Shown: positions 37,758 to 48,777, counted from the stretch's first letter. The stretch: DNA of 64,000 nt from Candidatus Latescibacterota bacterium (GCA_965197905.1 CBDAOB010000003.1:128001-192000); one strand, 5' to 3'. Made by a program: numbers and translations. The notes: generated from the sequence alone by a model not told the origin.

Positions 37758-38891
37758 ATGAAAATCACCGATGTTCGAACCACGCTTTTCAAGTGTATCA
37801 CGCGCACCGCGCCGGACACGGATGGTCATGGTCATCCCGCGCCGGAGCGGGAATCGACGTCGACGATGCTGCAGATCGACACCGACCAAGGGGTCAGCGG
37901 GTACTGGTTCGGCACCAATCCGGCCGCGATCGAAAACCTGGTCAAACCGTCGATAGTTGGGAAGGATCCGTTCTACCGCGAAGCGATCTGGCAAGACTTG
38001 AACGAGCGTCAGCGTCTCAACGCCAGCACCTTGTCCGACCCTGTTATCTGCTCGGTCGACCTGGCTCTGTGGGACTTGGCGGGTCGTGCCCTGAACACTC
38101 CAGTGTACAAGATGCTCGGAGGATATCGAGACAAGGTGCCGGCCTACGCGAGCACGATGTGCGGTGATGATTTGGAAAACGGACTGTCAACGCCGGGCGA
38201 CTACGCGAGGTTTGCCGAGTGGGCGATGGAGCGGAAGTATCCGGCGTTCAAGCTGCATACGTGGCAGCCGCCGTATGAAGGCGCTCCCAGCGTCAAGCGG
38301 GATCTGGAGGCGTGCGCCGCGGTGCGGGAGGTAACCGGTCCGGATGTGCCGTGTATGCTGGATCCGTATCACTACTACGATCGCGAGGCGGCATTGACCC
38401 TGGCCAAGGGCCTTGAGGAGCTGAGCTACTACTGGCTGGAAGAGCCGATGGACGAGCACAGCATGTCGTCCTACATCTGGCTGACCGCACAGACCTCAAC
38501 GCCCATATGCGGCCCCGAGACCTGCGAAGGCAAGATGTACGTGCGGGCGGAGTGGATCAAGAACAACGCTTGCGACATCAGTCGGTGCGGCGTCGGCGAT
38601 GTAGGTGGGTTGACCCCGTTGATGAAAACGATTCACCTGTGTGAGTCGTTCGGAATGCGCTGCGAGATTCACGGTGGTGGTTTCGCAAACCTCGCGGCAC
38701 TCTGCGCCATGAAGAACGGCGAATTCTACGAACGCGGGCTGCTGCATCCGTTCGTTGACTACGAGCGGGTCCCCGAATGGCTGCACGAGCTACCCGATCC
38801 GATGGATGATGAGGGGTTTGTGCACGTTTCTCAGCTGCCCGGCCTGGGCATGAACATCAACTTCGATTACATCGAGAAGAACCGGGTCTGA
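37758..38891 (+). CDS. Mandelate racemase/muconate lactonising enzyme family protein
   Basis: VDLALWDLAGRALNTPVYKMLGG, KxH, MLD, WLEEP, GPE, EIHG and PGLG. Confidence 0.9.
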   Translation: MKITDVRTTLFKCITRTAPDTDGHGHPAPERESTSTMLQIDTDQGVSGYWFGTNPAAIENLVKPSIVGKDPFYREAIWQDLNERQRLNASTLSDPVICSVDLALWDLAGRALNTPVYKMLGGYRDKVPAYASTMCGDDLENGLSTPGDYARFAEWAMERKYPAFKLHTWQPPYEGAPSVKRDLEACAAVREVTGPDVPCMLDPYHYYDREAALTLAKGLEELSYYWLEEPMDEHSMSSYIWLTAQTSTPICGPETCEGKMYVRAEWIKNNACDISRCGVGDVGGLTPLMKTIHLCESFGMRCEIHGGGFANLAALCAMKNGEFYERGLLHPFVDYERVPEWLHELPDPMDDEGFVHVSQLPGLGMNINFDYIEKNRV

Positions 38892-38958
38892 GGAGAGGGT
38901 TTCCGACATTACGGGCGCTGCATAGCCCTTCGCTCAGTCTTGCCGTCGGGCTGTTGCG

Positions 38959-40260
38959 CTAGTAAGGAGCGGGTTCGGAGCCTTTGGGAACATATTTGAA
39001 ATAGTCCCCGGTGTCGGCGCACCATTCGCGCAGGAAGGATCGCATTCGCACCAGGTCCGGAGTGAAGCGGGAGCTCGAGGCTAGATTCACCATCTCTCCC
39101 GGATCGGCTTCCAGATCAAACAGCTGCTCGCGATACCGACCCCATTCGTAGATTACGTACTTCATGTGGTCATCGAACGCCGCGCGGCCGACCACGCCGT
39201 ACTCGTGGCGGTCGGTGACAACGACCAGCTGCTTGCGCCAGGATTCCTCGGCTTCTCTAGATTCTTCCACCAGCGGTCGGAGCGAGCGGCCCCGCAAACC
39301 GTCTGGTAGATCGGTCTCGGCGTAATCGCAGAAGGTCGGCAGGATGTCGAGCCCGGTGGATACAAAGGCGTTAGAGAGAGCAGCCTCGCTTCCCGACGGC
39401 GGTTTTAGGATGAACGGCACCTTCAGCGCCTCCTCGTAGAGCACGTTCTTCCACAGCCATTGATGGGCGCCGGCGCAATCGCCGTGATCACTGATGAAGA
39501 GCACCAGGGTATCGTCGTACTGTCCCGAATCGCGCAAGGAGTCGAGAACGATGCCGATCTGAGCGTCGGCCATTTCGATCATGCGGAAGTAGGCGTTGCG
39601 GTAGCGCCGCCACCAGTTGGGATCGTCGATGGGTTGATGTGCCGGGTACGCGGGGGTATGGCCGCCGAGATACGCCTTTATGCACTGGGGCGTGAAGGGC
39701 GCCATGTGATGATTGGGCGGCAGGACCGGACAGTCGTGGATGGGACGTTCTTCGACGGCACCGAGGTAGGTGTCCTGGTCCCTCGCCCACTGATAGATGT
39801 TGTGCGGGTTGATGAAGGAAGAGACGAGAAAGAACGGATTGTCGCCTTGGTTGCGCCCGCGCAGGAACTCGGCGGAGCGCTCGGCGGTGATGTCATCCCC
39901 TTTGGGAGCAAGTGGTTGATAGCCACAAACGTCAGGGTCCTCGCTCAACGCGAAAGCCCGGTTGCCGGCGTAATAACAATCGTAACCAGAGCCGGACAGG
40001 ATGCGGCCGAGCGTTTGTTCAGGGTGAGCGATGCGGTTGTCGTCATCGAACTCGACCTGATGGGGCAACCTGCCGGTGTGGAGGCTGTTGCGCGCGGGGG
40101 CGCAGGAGGGCGCGGCGCAGTAGGCGCGCTCGAAACGCATACTGTCGGCGGCAAGGCGGTCCATTGCCGGGGTGGAGATCTCGACGTTGCCGGTGCAGCT
40201 CATAGCGGAGGCCGACTGTTCGTCGGTGAAGATCAGCAGGATGTTGGGTCGGTTGGGCAT
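38959..40260 (-). CDS. Cys-type sulfatase (paralog of 12435..13796)
   Basis: RPNILLIFTDEQ, CAPAR, SDHGD; shares DDPNWWRRYR and the terminal PAPY with the paralog. Confidence 0.92.
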   Translation of the reverse strand: MPNRPNILLIFTDEQSASAMSCTGNVEISTPAMDRLAADSMRFERAYCAAPSCAPARNSLHTGRLPHQVEFDDDNRIAHPEQTLGRILSGSGYDCYYAGNRAFALSEDPDVCGYQPLAPKGDDITAERSAEFLRGRNQGDNPFFLVSSFINPHNIYQWARDQDTYLGAVEERPIHDCPVLPPNHHMAPFTPQCIKAYLGGHTPAYPAHQPIDDPNWWRRYRNAYFRMIEMADAQIGIVLDSLRDSGQYDDTLVLFISDHGDCAGAHQWLWKNVLYEEALKVPFILKPPSGSEAALSNAFVSTGLDILPTFCDYAETDLPDGLRGRSLRPLVEESREAEESWRKQLVVVTDRHEYGVVGRAAFDDHMKYVIYEWGRYREQLFDLEADPGEMVNLASSSRFTPDLVRMRSFLREWCADTGDYFKYVPKGSEPAPY

Positions 40261-40430
40261 CGATTTCTCCCGGGCAGAATGCGGTCTCGGGTTTGATGTA
40301 GCGGACGACGCCGAGGAAACTACGGCCGTGCCTGGCGGCGTCAACCAGCCCTCACGCACTGGCGCCGGGGTTGGAGAATGAAGAGATTGCTGATGCGGAA
40401 CAGGACCCGATAAAAGGGAGGGACGCGACT

Positions 40431-41351
40431 ATGGGCAACTACGAATTCAAAATGGGGATGTATCTGGGCGAGCTGCAGCAGCCGTTCGAGGACTCACTGG
40501 CTACCGCCCGCGACATCGGCGCCAAGTACGTCTGGTGTGGCAACTACTCCCAAAACCAGATGATGTGCGAGCTTCCGGACAAAGATCTCGACAAAGCGGT
40601 GGAGCAGGTGGCGGGCCACAATCTCGAGATCTTCCTGCTCGATGGCGGGGGACTCTTGAAGGGTGTCCATCTGGCCGAGCTACAGCCGGGCAAGATGCTG
40701 GAGCACGAGAAGTTCAAACAAGAGCTCGACACCCTCGAGCGCTCGATGGAGGTCTCGTCGCGGCTGGGGATAGGTGCGGTTTCCTGCTGCAGCTTCGCCT
40801 GGCCGGCGGAGTACACGGCGGGCAAACCGACCTGGCCCATGCGCTGGGCGACGCGGGGCGGAATTATATCCGATGGCGATATGGAGAAGCTGGTGGAGGC
40901 GCTTTCGATGATCGCCGACCTGGCCGAAAAATTCGACATCGACGTTGCCTTTTTGATGATGCAGTGGAACTTCGGCAATACGAGTCGAAACTTCCGGCGC
41001 ATCGCCGAAGCGGTGGGTTCACGCCGGTTCAAAGCGCTCTGGTGCCCCGCGGACGCCCTAAATTGCGGCGAGTCTGACAATGCGACAGCGGGCTTCGAGA
41101 ATCTGCGACCGTACCTCTACGGAGTGCATGGCAAGGATATGCACACCATAAACGGCGAGAAGCTCGAGTTCGAGTACTTGCCGATTGGAGAGGGGGACGT
41201 GGATTATCCGACAATTCTGAGGAACCTGCGGGACAACAACTGCGATGTGGTGCTGTCGATCGCGACTCACTTCTCGCCACCCAGCGGTTCGAAGATCGAG
41301 GCGATGGAGACGAACTACACCAACATTCGTCGGCTGATCAGCGAAATCTAG
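40431..41351 (+). CDS. Sugar phosphate isomerase/epimerase-like TIM barrel
   Basis: VHGKD, PIGEGDVDY and LSIATH; GGAGG RBS. Confidence 0.75.
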   Translation: MGNYEFKMGMYLGELQQPFEDSLATARDIGAKYVWCGNYSQNQMMCELPDKDLDKAVEQVAGHNLEIFLLDGGGLLKGVHLAELQPGKMLEHEKFKQELDTLERSMEVSSRLGIGAVSCCSFAWPAEYTAGKPTWPMRWATRGGIISDGDMEKLVEALSMIADLAEKFDIDVAFLMMQWNFGNTSRNFRRIAEAVGSRRFKALWCPADALNCGESDNATAGFENLRPYLYGVHGKDMHTINGEKLEFEYLPIGEGDVDYPTILRNLRDNNCDVVLSIATHFSPPSGSKIEAMETNYTNIRRLISEI

Positions 41352-41500
41352 GGCGTTTCTACGGTCCCCGGACGGCTGTCTGCACCATCTTCGAGACCTT
41401 AGACTGATTTCTGCCGCCGCTTCGGGATCGTTGCTGAAGAAGACACAGGTCGTGTCGATGGGAGTCGATCTACGCGAGCGTGCCGGTCTCGCCCTCCAGC

Positions 41501-42865
41501 TCACTTCGAATAGGGAACACTTCCCACCTCATCGACCTCGTATCCCCACTTCTCCAGGTAATAACTCTCTTCTCGAAAGGGATCGTCAATCTGCGCCAGC
41601 AGCCGGGTTAACTCCTGCTCGAGTTCCTTTCTGATGCCAGCCGAGTTCGGGTCATCCGCCAGATTCGTCAACTGGTATGGATCCTGCAGATCGTCGAAGA
41701 GATAACACTCGCCTCGCGTTGTTCGCGCCCAGGTGTATCGACTCGTGCGCACGGCGCGGTATCCGGGATCTCCATGGTTTTTTGCGCTGAATGGCGAGAT
41801 GCTCATGTAAAGGGCCGCATGGTCCGCTTCGACCTGGTCGCGCACGCACGGCGACAAATCCTTACCCTCGACCACGGAGGGAATGTCGATTCCACACAAG
41901 CCCAACAGCGTGGGCATGATGTCGACGGTGCCCAGCGGGGTCATGAGCGTCCGGTTGGTACAATCGGATGTTATGGGTGGGTAGCGCAGCAGGAAAGGAA
42001 CGCGACACGATTCATCCCAAAAGACCTGTTTTATGAACGGCTCCTTGCGGTGAGACCCCATCATCTCGCCATGGTCGGAGGCAAAGATGAGAATGGTATT
42101 CTCTGCCAGATTGTTGGCCTTCAGAACCTCCACCATATCTCCCACGCATCGGTCTAGCGCCGCGATGTGGGCGTAATAACCGGCAGCCTCCTGTCGGGTG
42201 TATTTCTCGAACTCGGGATCGTCAAAGATGACGTTTGCCGAAAACGTCACCGCTTCGGGCGTAAACCTCCGCTGATATTCTTCGGGGGCATTGTCGTGGG
42301 GAAAATGGGGTGGTCCCAGCGACAAGGTCAGGAAGAAGGGTTTGTCCGAATCTGCGTGTTGCCGGATGTAAGCCGCGGCATCCTCGCACTGGGCGAATGC
42401 ATCGTAGCCTTCCCACTCTTTTATGTTTGCATCGTCGTTGTCGTAATACTTGGAACTCTGATAATCGTGAGTGCATTCCAACACCTTCCAGTAGTCGAAT
42501 CCCTGGCGGCGTTCCGGAGGGATGTAGCTCGAGCGACCCTGGCCATCCACATGCCACTTGCCGACGTAGGCGGTATCATACCCCGCACCCTTGAACGCCT
42601 TGCCGATGCTCTGCTCGTCCGGTGACAGCGGAATATCGTTCATGAACATGCCCGTCGAGGTTGGAAAACGTCCGGTCAACAAAGCGGCTCGCGCGGGGGT
42701 GCAGACGGGAGAGGTGGCAATGGCGTTGGCGAGGTTGAGCGACTCGGCGGCCAACCGGTCAATATTCGGAGTTATAGCGTTTGGGTCGCCGTTATATCCG
42801 GTCGCTTTGGCACGCCATTGATCGGTGAGGATGTAAAAGACATTCGGTTTAGAATTGCTGTCCAC
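41501..42865 (-). CDS. Cys-type sulfatase
   Basis: KPNVFYILTDQWR, CTPAR, GYDTAYVGKWH and SDHGEM. Confidence 0.92.
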   Translation of the reverse strand: MDSNSKPNVFYILTDQWRAKATGYNGDPNAITPNIDRLAAESLNLANAIATSPVCTPARAALLTGRFPTSTGMFMNDIPLSPDEQSIGKAFKGAGYDTAYVGKWHVDGQGRSSYIPPERRQGFDYWKVLECTHDYQSSKYYDNDDANIKEWEGYDAFAQCEDAAAYIRQHADSDKPFFLTLSLGPPHFPHDNAPEEYQRRFTPEAVTFSANVIFDDPEFEKYTRQEAAGYYAHIAALDRCVGDMVEVLKANNLAENTILIFASDHGEMMGSHRKEPFIKQVFWDESCRVPFLLRYPPITSDCTNRTLMTPLGTVDIMPTLLGLCGIDIPSVVEGKDLSPCVRDQVEADHAALYMSISPFSAKNHGDPGYRAVRTSRYTWARTTRGECYLFDDLQDPYQLTNLADDPNSAGIRKELEQELTRLLAQIDDPFREESYYLEKWGYEVDEVGSVPYSK

Positions 42866-42931
42866 GTCGTGCTCCTATGATGTTGGAACAAAACTCTTGC
42901 CTGGGTTCGGTCGGTTTGGTAGCAGTTAAAT

Positions 42932-43205
42932 ATGCGAATTCTTCTCGTGGCCGACACCCACATCGGTTTCGACATGCCGCGAAAACCGAAGGTGGAAAGA
43001 CGACGTCGCGGCCCCGACTTTCTTACCAACTTTCGGCGGGCGCTCGAGCCGGCGCTCAATGGCGTCGAGCTGCGATCGCAGCTCTCCGCGCTGCCGTCAG
43101 ACGCCGTGGTTCGGGTCCACTTCAACGGTCCCTGGACGAACGAGGCTCAGCGGGTCCTGACCGCCGCCGCCAATCTCAGGAGGTTGGGGCCGCCCACCAT
43201 GAATG
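42932..43205 (+). pseudogene. Internally deleted SbcD/Mre11-like metallophosphoesterase
   Basis: MRILLVADTHIG motif I present; GD and GNH motifs missing, jumping at ~43064 to a C-terminal-like segment. Confidence 0.65.
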
Positions 43206-43386
43206 TCAGCCTCCGTGGGTGGGGCGACGCGCGGACGCTTGAACGTACGGCCTTATCCGCTCGCTCCAGGCGCGGTAGGCGGAGCCCATGAGGTGCACGC
43301 CATCATTCGTAAATTTCCGACGTAGCTCGCCGTGCTCGTCAGCCATCGCATTCCGCAGGTTGATGTATGTATACTCGCTCTGACTC
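43206..43386 (-). pseudogene. C-terminal fragment of an SGNH/GDSL hydrolase
   Basis: YINL...MADEHGEL...FTNDGVHLMGSAYRAW (block V DxxH) with no start; abuts the stop of 43387..46350. Confidence 0.7.
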
Positions 43387-46350
43387 TCAATACAGCCTTC
43401 CCTCCTCGGTAAAACCCACCAACGCCCGCACGAAAAAAGTCCAGGTATCAAAGCTTCGAGAATCCTGGAAGCGCGTATCGAACTCCTTCTTGTCCCGATT
43501 GACGCCAATGATCGTTACCAGCTCGTAGCCAAAATATTTCGAGCTATTGGTCAGGGTGACAAACATCGTGCGTTGGTCAAAACTGTTGCGCGTGGCCACG
43601 CGGTCCTGGCGTCGGTACGGCAGTGGCCCCAGCCCCTGGATCGCCGCCCGCAAGGTCGTCCGCGACAACAGCGGCCAGGTCAGGCGCAGCAGCGGAATCG
43701 AGCGCACCTCGGACTGCAACTCCAGTTCGCGCTCACGGTCTGTCAGGCGCAGCAGCATGAACTTGTACTGCGGCGTCAGACTCAGCTCGCCCCAGTGCCA
43801 GGTGTACTCCAAGCGGCTCACCCAGGTCCAGAAGTCCAGGCGGCGCGGGCGCTGGAAAAGACCGTTGTAGAGCTCGCCGCCCCGCTGCCAGTTGAGACGC
43901 AGGCGGATCTTCTGCACCACGTGGAGGGTGGACCAGGGCCGGAGCCATCCTTCCAAATAGGTCTCATTGACGTAGCTGTCCTGATACAAAACCAGGTCCG
44001 AACGAAAACGGTGGATAAAGTGGGGAGGACGCACGATCCCTGGCTCAGTATAGTTGAACGACAGTCCCCCGGCCCCGAAGTCGGCATTGCGCAACGGGGT
44101 CTCATCCATCACGACATACTCGTCCGCAATATCGTCCTGCACGTGGCGTAGTTGGTTCTCGAACAGGAACCGTCGCACCCTCCCTGGCCCTTCCCGCCGG
44201 TAGTTCAGCAGCCCATAGGTGGAGCGGTTACGACCCGAACCCGCGATCTGCTCGACCGCGTAGTGACCTATTGCTCCGGACCAGTGTCTATTCAGATTCC
44301 ATTGCCCGAAGAGATGGCACCCTCGCTGGTCATAGTCGTAGGGATAGTCCACCTCCCCGTCGTCCTCGCGGTAATCCGGCTCATCGTTGTGGTTGCGGTC
44401 GAGTCCGTACACATAGGCGTTGGGCTCCACATCGTACATCAGGAAAGGCTCTTCGAAGTCGGGGATGTCGTTGAGGTTACGGTTGATGTCCGGAGTCCCG
44501 TCATGGTCCTCGTCCTGACCTTTGAACACCCCGTCGATATCATACCCTTTGGCATCGTTGATCAGACCGGGGAGATTGCCCAGCCGTCTTTCGGGATAGG
44601 CGTCTCCATCCTCGTTGTCCTCCACCAGCTGCCAGTAGATCGTCTGGTTGGCCATGCCCGATAGGTTGGTGTCGGTCAGGCCCTTCTCCCAGTCCACGAA
44701 GGTGCGCATCTCGGTCTGAAACCCCGGATTGATCGCATAGAACTCGCTGCCCAGCCCCCCGTGCCCAAACCAGTGCGTTGCATTGAGGTAATAGGCCGAG
44801 CCCCGTTGCGCAGAGCGGGGACCTTCGTCGAAGAACGGCGCTCCTTCCCTCTCTCCCGGATAGCGCGCATATACCGACGAACGTGCGTACTCGCCAATGA
44901 CCTCCAGGCCCGGCAGGCGCAGACGCACATCCGCACTGTAGGCGAAGTGTCCGGTATGTTCCGCGATCTCGAAGCGCACCCGTTCAAAGTTCGACCTATC
45001 CTGCACATTGCCCTCTGCGCGCAACGCCATGTGATAAAAGCTGCTGCGAAACTTCTGGTAGTAGGTCTTGCCGCGCGGGTCTATCGTGTTCAGCAGGGAA
45101 ACCTCTACTCGGTAGTCATTGCCCAGAAGCGCCTCCACCTCCACCGACTCGACGACAGGCTCCTGCGACACGTCGAATAGAAAGATCAACTGCTCGTTGC
45201 CGTCGGCGCGCAGGATCCCAGCGGAGGTTTCCACCGTAAAATTCGTCAGGAGGCCTTCAAGATTGGTGGCATCGCTGACATCTACTCCCGCCGCGTGGTC
45301 CAGCCGGTAGAGATAATCCGCGTACAGCGGAATCTTGCGCTCCCGATAAAAATTCGAGCGGTCGAAATCGCCGTCGTGAACACTGGGGGTATTGTAGTTT
45401 ACCGGACGGAATCGACCGGTGGCCTGCAGGATTCGACCGACCTGCGAGGTGGCACCCGCCTGCTGCCGGACTACCCGAGGCTCCAGGTCCGGCCGTGTCA
45501 CGCCATTGACCACGAGCTGTACCTCCTGTACGACGGCTCCGGCCACACCATCCTGCGGCGAGTCGTCCGCGAAACGCACCAGGATCCAGTCTATGAGGGG
45601 CCGGTCGGGCCGCAGCCGGCCCTTCAGGCTGTTGCCCGGCTTGGTGCTCTGGTATACGTGCTGGTTTACCCAGTTGAGACCCACCTGTAAGCGACCCAGG
45701 TCCGCTTGCAAGCGGCTGCCCAGGAGCAGGGTGGAATCGTCGGCAATGTGGGTTCTGTCCAGGGCCCAAATGGCCGGACCATCGAGATACGAACCGGGTC
45801 GTTCAACGCGCGAGGCCAGACTGGTCAACTTCAAATGAGGAGTGGAGACATCCAGACGCACCCCGCTGAAATCTACCTTCGACAGGGTCAGGGGTGTGAA
45901 GCGCGCAATCAAGGCGTCCCCCACAATCAAGCTATACCCCCAATCGCCATAGCCATCGCGCCCCATCACCACGCTGTCGAAGACGGTTACCCAGGGGCTG
46001 CGATCGGCGCCGATCCCGCGGTCTTTGTAGATACTGCTGCCCCACGCCAAACCCGGGACCCGGTTTTCTTTCCACGCGAACAGATCATACCCGCTGATCA
46101 GATAATTCCCCATCGAACCGTAGGTGGTGCGCGGCGCATCCGCATAGGGAAAGGCGTGATCTGGGTAGTGGGTATAGTTCCTGAGGGCGTAGTTGCGGTA
46201 GGCCGGTCGCTCCCAGCGCAGGAACGGCCGCGAAGAGGGGGTCTCGGGCAGTCCGCGCAGGCGCGCAGGTTCTTCTCCTCTAGCCGAAACGCACCATATG
46301 GTCAGCACTAGAGTGAGGCTCCAGCAGGTGTGCGTGGATAGGTAGCCCAT
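43387..46350 (-). CDS. Large secreted/outer-membrane protein of unknown function (987 aa)
   Basis: Signal peptide; colinear with 7391..10282 (ARFTPLTLSKV, NSLKGRL, EEPFLM.DVEPN, KYFGYELVT). Confidence 0.8.
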   Translation of the reverse strand: MGYLSTHTCWSLTLVLTIWCVSARGEEPARLRGLPETPSSRPFLRWERPAYRNYALRNYTHYPDHAFPYADAPRTTYGSMGNYLISGYDLFAWKENRVPGLAWGSSIYKDRGIGADRSPWVTVFDSVVMGRDGYGDWGYSLIVGDALIARFTPLTLSKVDFSGVRLDVSTPHLKLTSLASRVERPGSYLDGPAIWALDRTHIADDSTLLLGSRLQADLGRLQVGLNWVNQHVYQSTKPGNSLKGRLRPDRPLIDWILVRFADDSPQDGVAGAVVQEVQLVVNGVTRPDLEPRVVRQQAGATSQVGRILQATGRFRPVNYNTPSVHDGDFDRSNFYRERKIPLYADYLYRLDHAAGVDVSDATNLEGLLTNFTVETSAGILRADGNEQLIFLFDVSQEPVVESVEVEALLGNDYRVEVSLLNTIDPRGKTYYQKFRSSFYHMALRAEGNVQDRSNFERVRFEIAEHTGHFAYSADVRLRLPGLEVIGEYARSSVYARYPGEREGAPFFDEGPRSAQRGSAYYLNATHWFGHGGLGSEFYAINPGFQTEMRTFVDWEKGLTDTNLSGMANQTIYWQLVEDNEDGDAYPERRLGNLPGLINDAKGYDIDGVFKGQDEDHDGTPDINRNLNDIPDFEEPFLMYDVEPNAYVYGLDRNHNDEPDYREDDGEVDYPYDYDQRGCHLFGQWNLNRHWSGAIGHYAVEQIAGSGRNRSTYGLLNYRREGPGRVRRFLFENQLRHVQDDIADEYVVMDETPLRNADFGAGGLSFNYTEPGIVRPPHFIHRFRSDLVLYQDSYVNETYLEGWLRPWSTLHVVQKIRLRLNWQRGGELYNGLFQRPRRLDFWTWVSRLEYTWHWGELSLTPQYKFMLLRLTDRERELELQSEVRSIPLLRLTWPLLSRTTLRAAIQGLGPLPYRRQDRVATRNSFDQRTMFVTLTNSSKYFGYELVTIIGVNRDKKEFDTRFQDSRSFDTWTFFVRALVGFTEEGRLY

Positions 46351-46383
46351 AGCTTCCGACCCGTCCTCACCTATTCTAGCGGG

Positions 46384-48660
46384 TCACAATATCCTTCGGA
46401 GACTCTGGAGTTGAACGGCCCACTTCCTCGTTCCCTTATCATCGAGGCGGACCACTACTTTCAATAAACGATACTGGGGCACCTCAATGGAGCACTCCCT
46501 ACTCCATGTGCCCATCAAACCTTCGGGCAGATAGATATAGTGAGATTGATCCGTGTGCGGCGGACCGAGACACTGACCTTCTAGAGTAGCGCTCTCTTGG
46601 TCGTAGGTGAAACCCGTCAAGCCAACGGCCCCCGTTACGTGGCGGTCGGTACCTATCCAGATTGGTTCCGCGGTCAAAGGCCTGAAGAGGAACACCTTGC
46701 AGGAACCTGGAGCCAGCTCGAAGTCGAGGCGTCGACCGGGGCCGAGCAGTTGCTGCTCCCAGAAATTGAAGAAGAGATATTTCTTGCGGTCTCTTATCCC
46801 GAGATCCGCCAGCTTTATGCGCATGGATCGGGGTTTCTCCGACCAGTTGAAGAACCCCACCACCTGGTAGCGCATCCCCGCGGTCTGGGCCTCGAGCAGC
46901 CACACTTGCGGGGGGTCGTTTTCCAGCAGATCGACGGGACGGGCACAGGGACCGTAGACCGGGAGGGCGCGAGTAAAAATCCACCAGCGCTCCGGTGAAA
47001 CGTGTTCGATCACGCCCCCGGTGAGCCAGGAGAAACCGCTCAAAGCGCCGAAGCTGGTCCACATCTTGACCCGATCGAGGGTGGCCGTCATGCCTCCCTC
47101 CCCCTGCGTTCCCCAGGTAAAGGGATGCAGCTGGGGATCGAAGAACTCGTGGTCGAGCTGAAACCAGCGCTGATGATAGTAATACCGGTCGCAGGCCATG
47201 CGCACCAGCCAGTTTTCCATGCCGCCGCGCCAATCACCGGCGTGGCGAAAGCCATCGGCAATGCCGATGACGGTACCGGCGCCGCTGGAGGCTTCAATGA
47301 AGACGTCGGGGCCGACGCGGTCGCGGACCGCCTGGAAGCGGCTGCGGATTCCTTGCGCCATGGTGTGGGTATCGTCGGTGGTGGCGTAGTCGTGTCTGGG
47401 GAAATCGAAGAAGAGATACTCATACCCCCAACGTTCGACCGCCATGGCAAAGAGCTCGGCCGCCAGTTGGTCGTGTGCGGGCGGGCCGCTGCAGATGTTG
47501 AGGAACGGCCGGCAGACCAGCGCCGGGCGATAGCCGCGCCGTTTCAGGTCGCGCACATGCGCTTCGATCCCGTTTGGAAAATCGGTTCTGCTGTCGTAGA
47601 TATCCGGCGTGAAACCCTTTTCGTAAACCAGCTCGATAAGTCCCTCTTCTACCGGCGCGATCGGCAGGCTGGTCCATTCCTCGCGCAGGGACATCCCCGG
47701 AGGGCCTGAGCTCAGTCCAGCCAGCTGGGTCTTGAAGGTGTCCAGTCCGTAGGGTTGGAGATGGGTGTCAACGACGCGGCGCAGGGTCTGGATGCGCTTC
47801 TCCGTGAGCGGGTGTTTCTCCAGATCATCCGCGCCCGACCTGTCGCCGCCATAGGCCGCGAAGATCCCCCCATAGGGAGGATGACGCAGTCGCAAGTCGA
47901 GATATTCGCACACGAGGTCGGCATACTGCGTCAGCCCACGGTGCATATCCGCGGCGGTAAGGATCACCATGCGCTGCAGTTCGAAGGTTTTACCGGGCGG
48001 CAATCGCAACGGTCGTTCCTGCCGATCGACCCAGAGCCATCCGCCCATCTCCATGCCGAGGTTTTGCTGCGCGCGGACGAAACCAATGCTCGCAAAGGAG
48101 GTGCCCGGCGCGCCGATGCCGGCGATGAGGGCGTTGCCTCCGGGTTCTCCCACGCCGACGCTCCAGTAGCCACGGTGGAAATCCTCTTCGGGGACGGGAA
48201 AGCGCCACTCCTCCGGAGGATGGTGCATCCACGGCGCGTTGTTGAGAACAAGAGCCCGCGCGGGATCCAGCTCTGACGTGACCGTCGATCCGGCGCCGGG
48301 ATTGGCATGCAACACAAAAAGGCGCAACAAGCGCCGATCCTGGCCGCCGAGGTTGCGCACCTTCATCCACAAAGCGGCCAGCGGACGCAGTTGATAGATC
48401 ACCGCACACCACTCCACCTGCAGCTCATCCCCACAGGCAAGCACGACCCTCAAACCGGAGCACTGACCCCATGGATCGGCCGCGGTAAGGGGCGTCACCT
48501 CGAGGGTTTCCCACTCCGGACTGAAGCTGGTTGCTCCGTCAGCCTTCTGTACGCCGATACGAGCCGAGCGCACCTCAGCGGCAGGGCTGTCGATGCCAGC
48601 CGGAATCGCAAGATCGAATCGACCGCTGGCGAAGGTTACTTCAGCATGTCCGCTTTGCAT
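46384..48660 (-). CDS. Alpha-galactosidase (GH36/GH27)-like protein
   Basis: WGYEYLFFDF, IGIADGFR, ARPVDL, VGFFNW and FWEQ; catalytic residues look divergent. Confidence 0.6.
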   Translation of the reverse strand: MQSGHAEVTFASGRFDLAIPAGIDSPAAEVRSARIGVQKADGATSFSPEWETLEVTPLTAADPWGQCSGLRVVLACGDELQVEWCAVIYQLRPLAALWMKVRNLGGQDRRLLRLFVLHANPGAGSTVTSELDPARALVLNNAPWMHHPPEEWRFPVPEEDFHRGYWSVGVGEPGGNALIAGIGAPGTSFASIGFVRAQQNLGMEMGGWLWVDRQERPLRLPPGKTFELQRMVILTAADMHRGLTQYADLVCEYLDLRLRHPPYGGIFAAYGGDRSGADDLEKHPLTEKRIQTLRRVVDTHLQPYGLDTFKTQLAGLSSGPPGMSLREEWTSLPIAPVEEGLIELVYEKGFTPDIYDSRTDFPNGIEAHVRDLKRRGYRPALVCRPFLNICSGPPAHDQLAAELFAMAVERWGYEYLFFDFPRHDYATTDDTHTMAQGIRSRFQAVRDRVGPDVFIEASSGAGTVIGIADGFRHAGDWRGGMENWLVRMACDRYYYHQRWFQLDHEFFDPQLHPFTWGTQGEGGMTATLDRVKMWTSFGALSGFSWLTGGVIEHVSPERWWIFTRALPVYGPCARPVDLLENDPPQVWLLEAQTAGMRYQVVGFFNWSEKPRSMRIKLADLGIRDRKKYLFFNFWEQQLLGPGRRLDFELAPGSCKVFLFRPLTAEPIWIGTDRHVTGAVGLTGFTYDQESATLEGQCLGPPHTDQSHYIYLPEGLMGTWSRECSIEVPQYRLLKVVVRLDDKGTRKWAVQLQSLRRIL

Positions 48661-48777
48661 GGTTCAATCTCGACGTGGGGCGTACCCCCTGGTGCGGCGT
48701 TTGTTCGGTCAGCTATTCCAGCTACAAGCCACCAAACGAAACCACGGGTGCGAACGGGGCGGTTCTGGTAGATCGGG

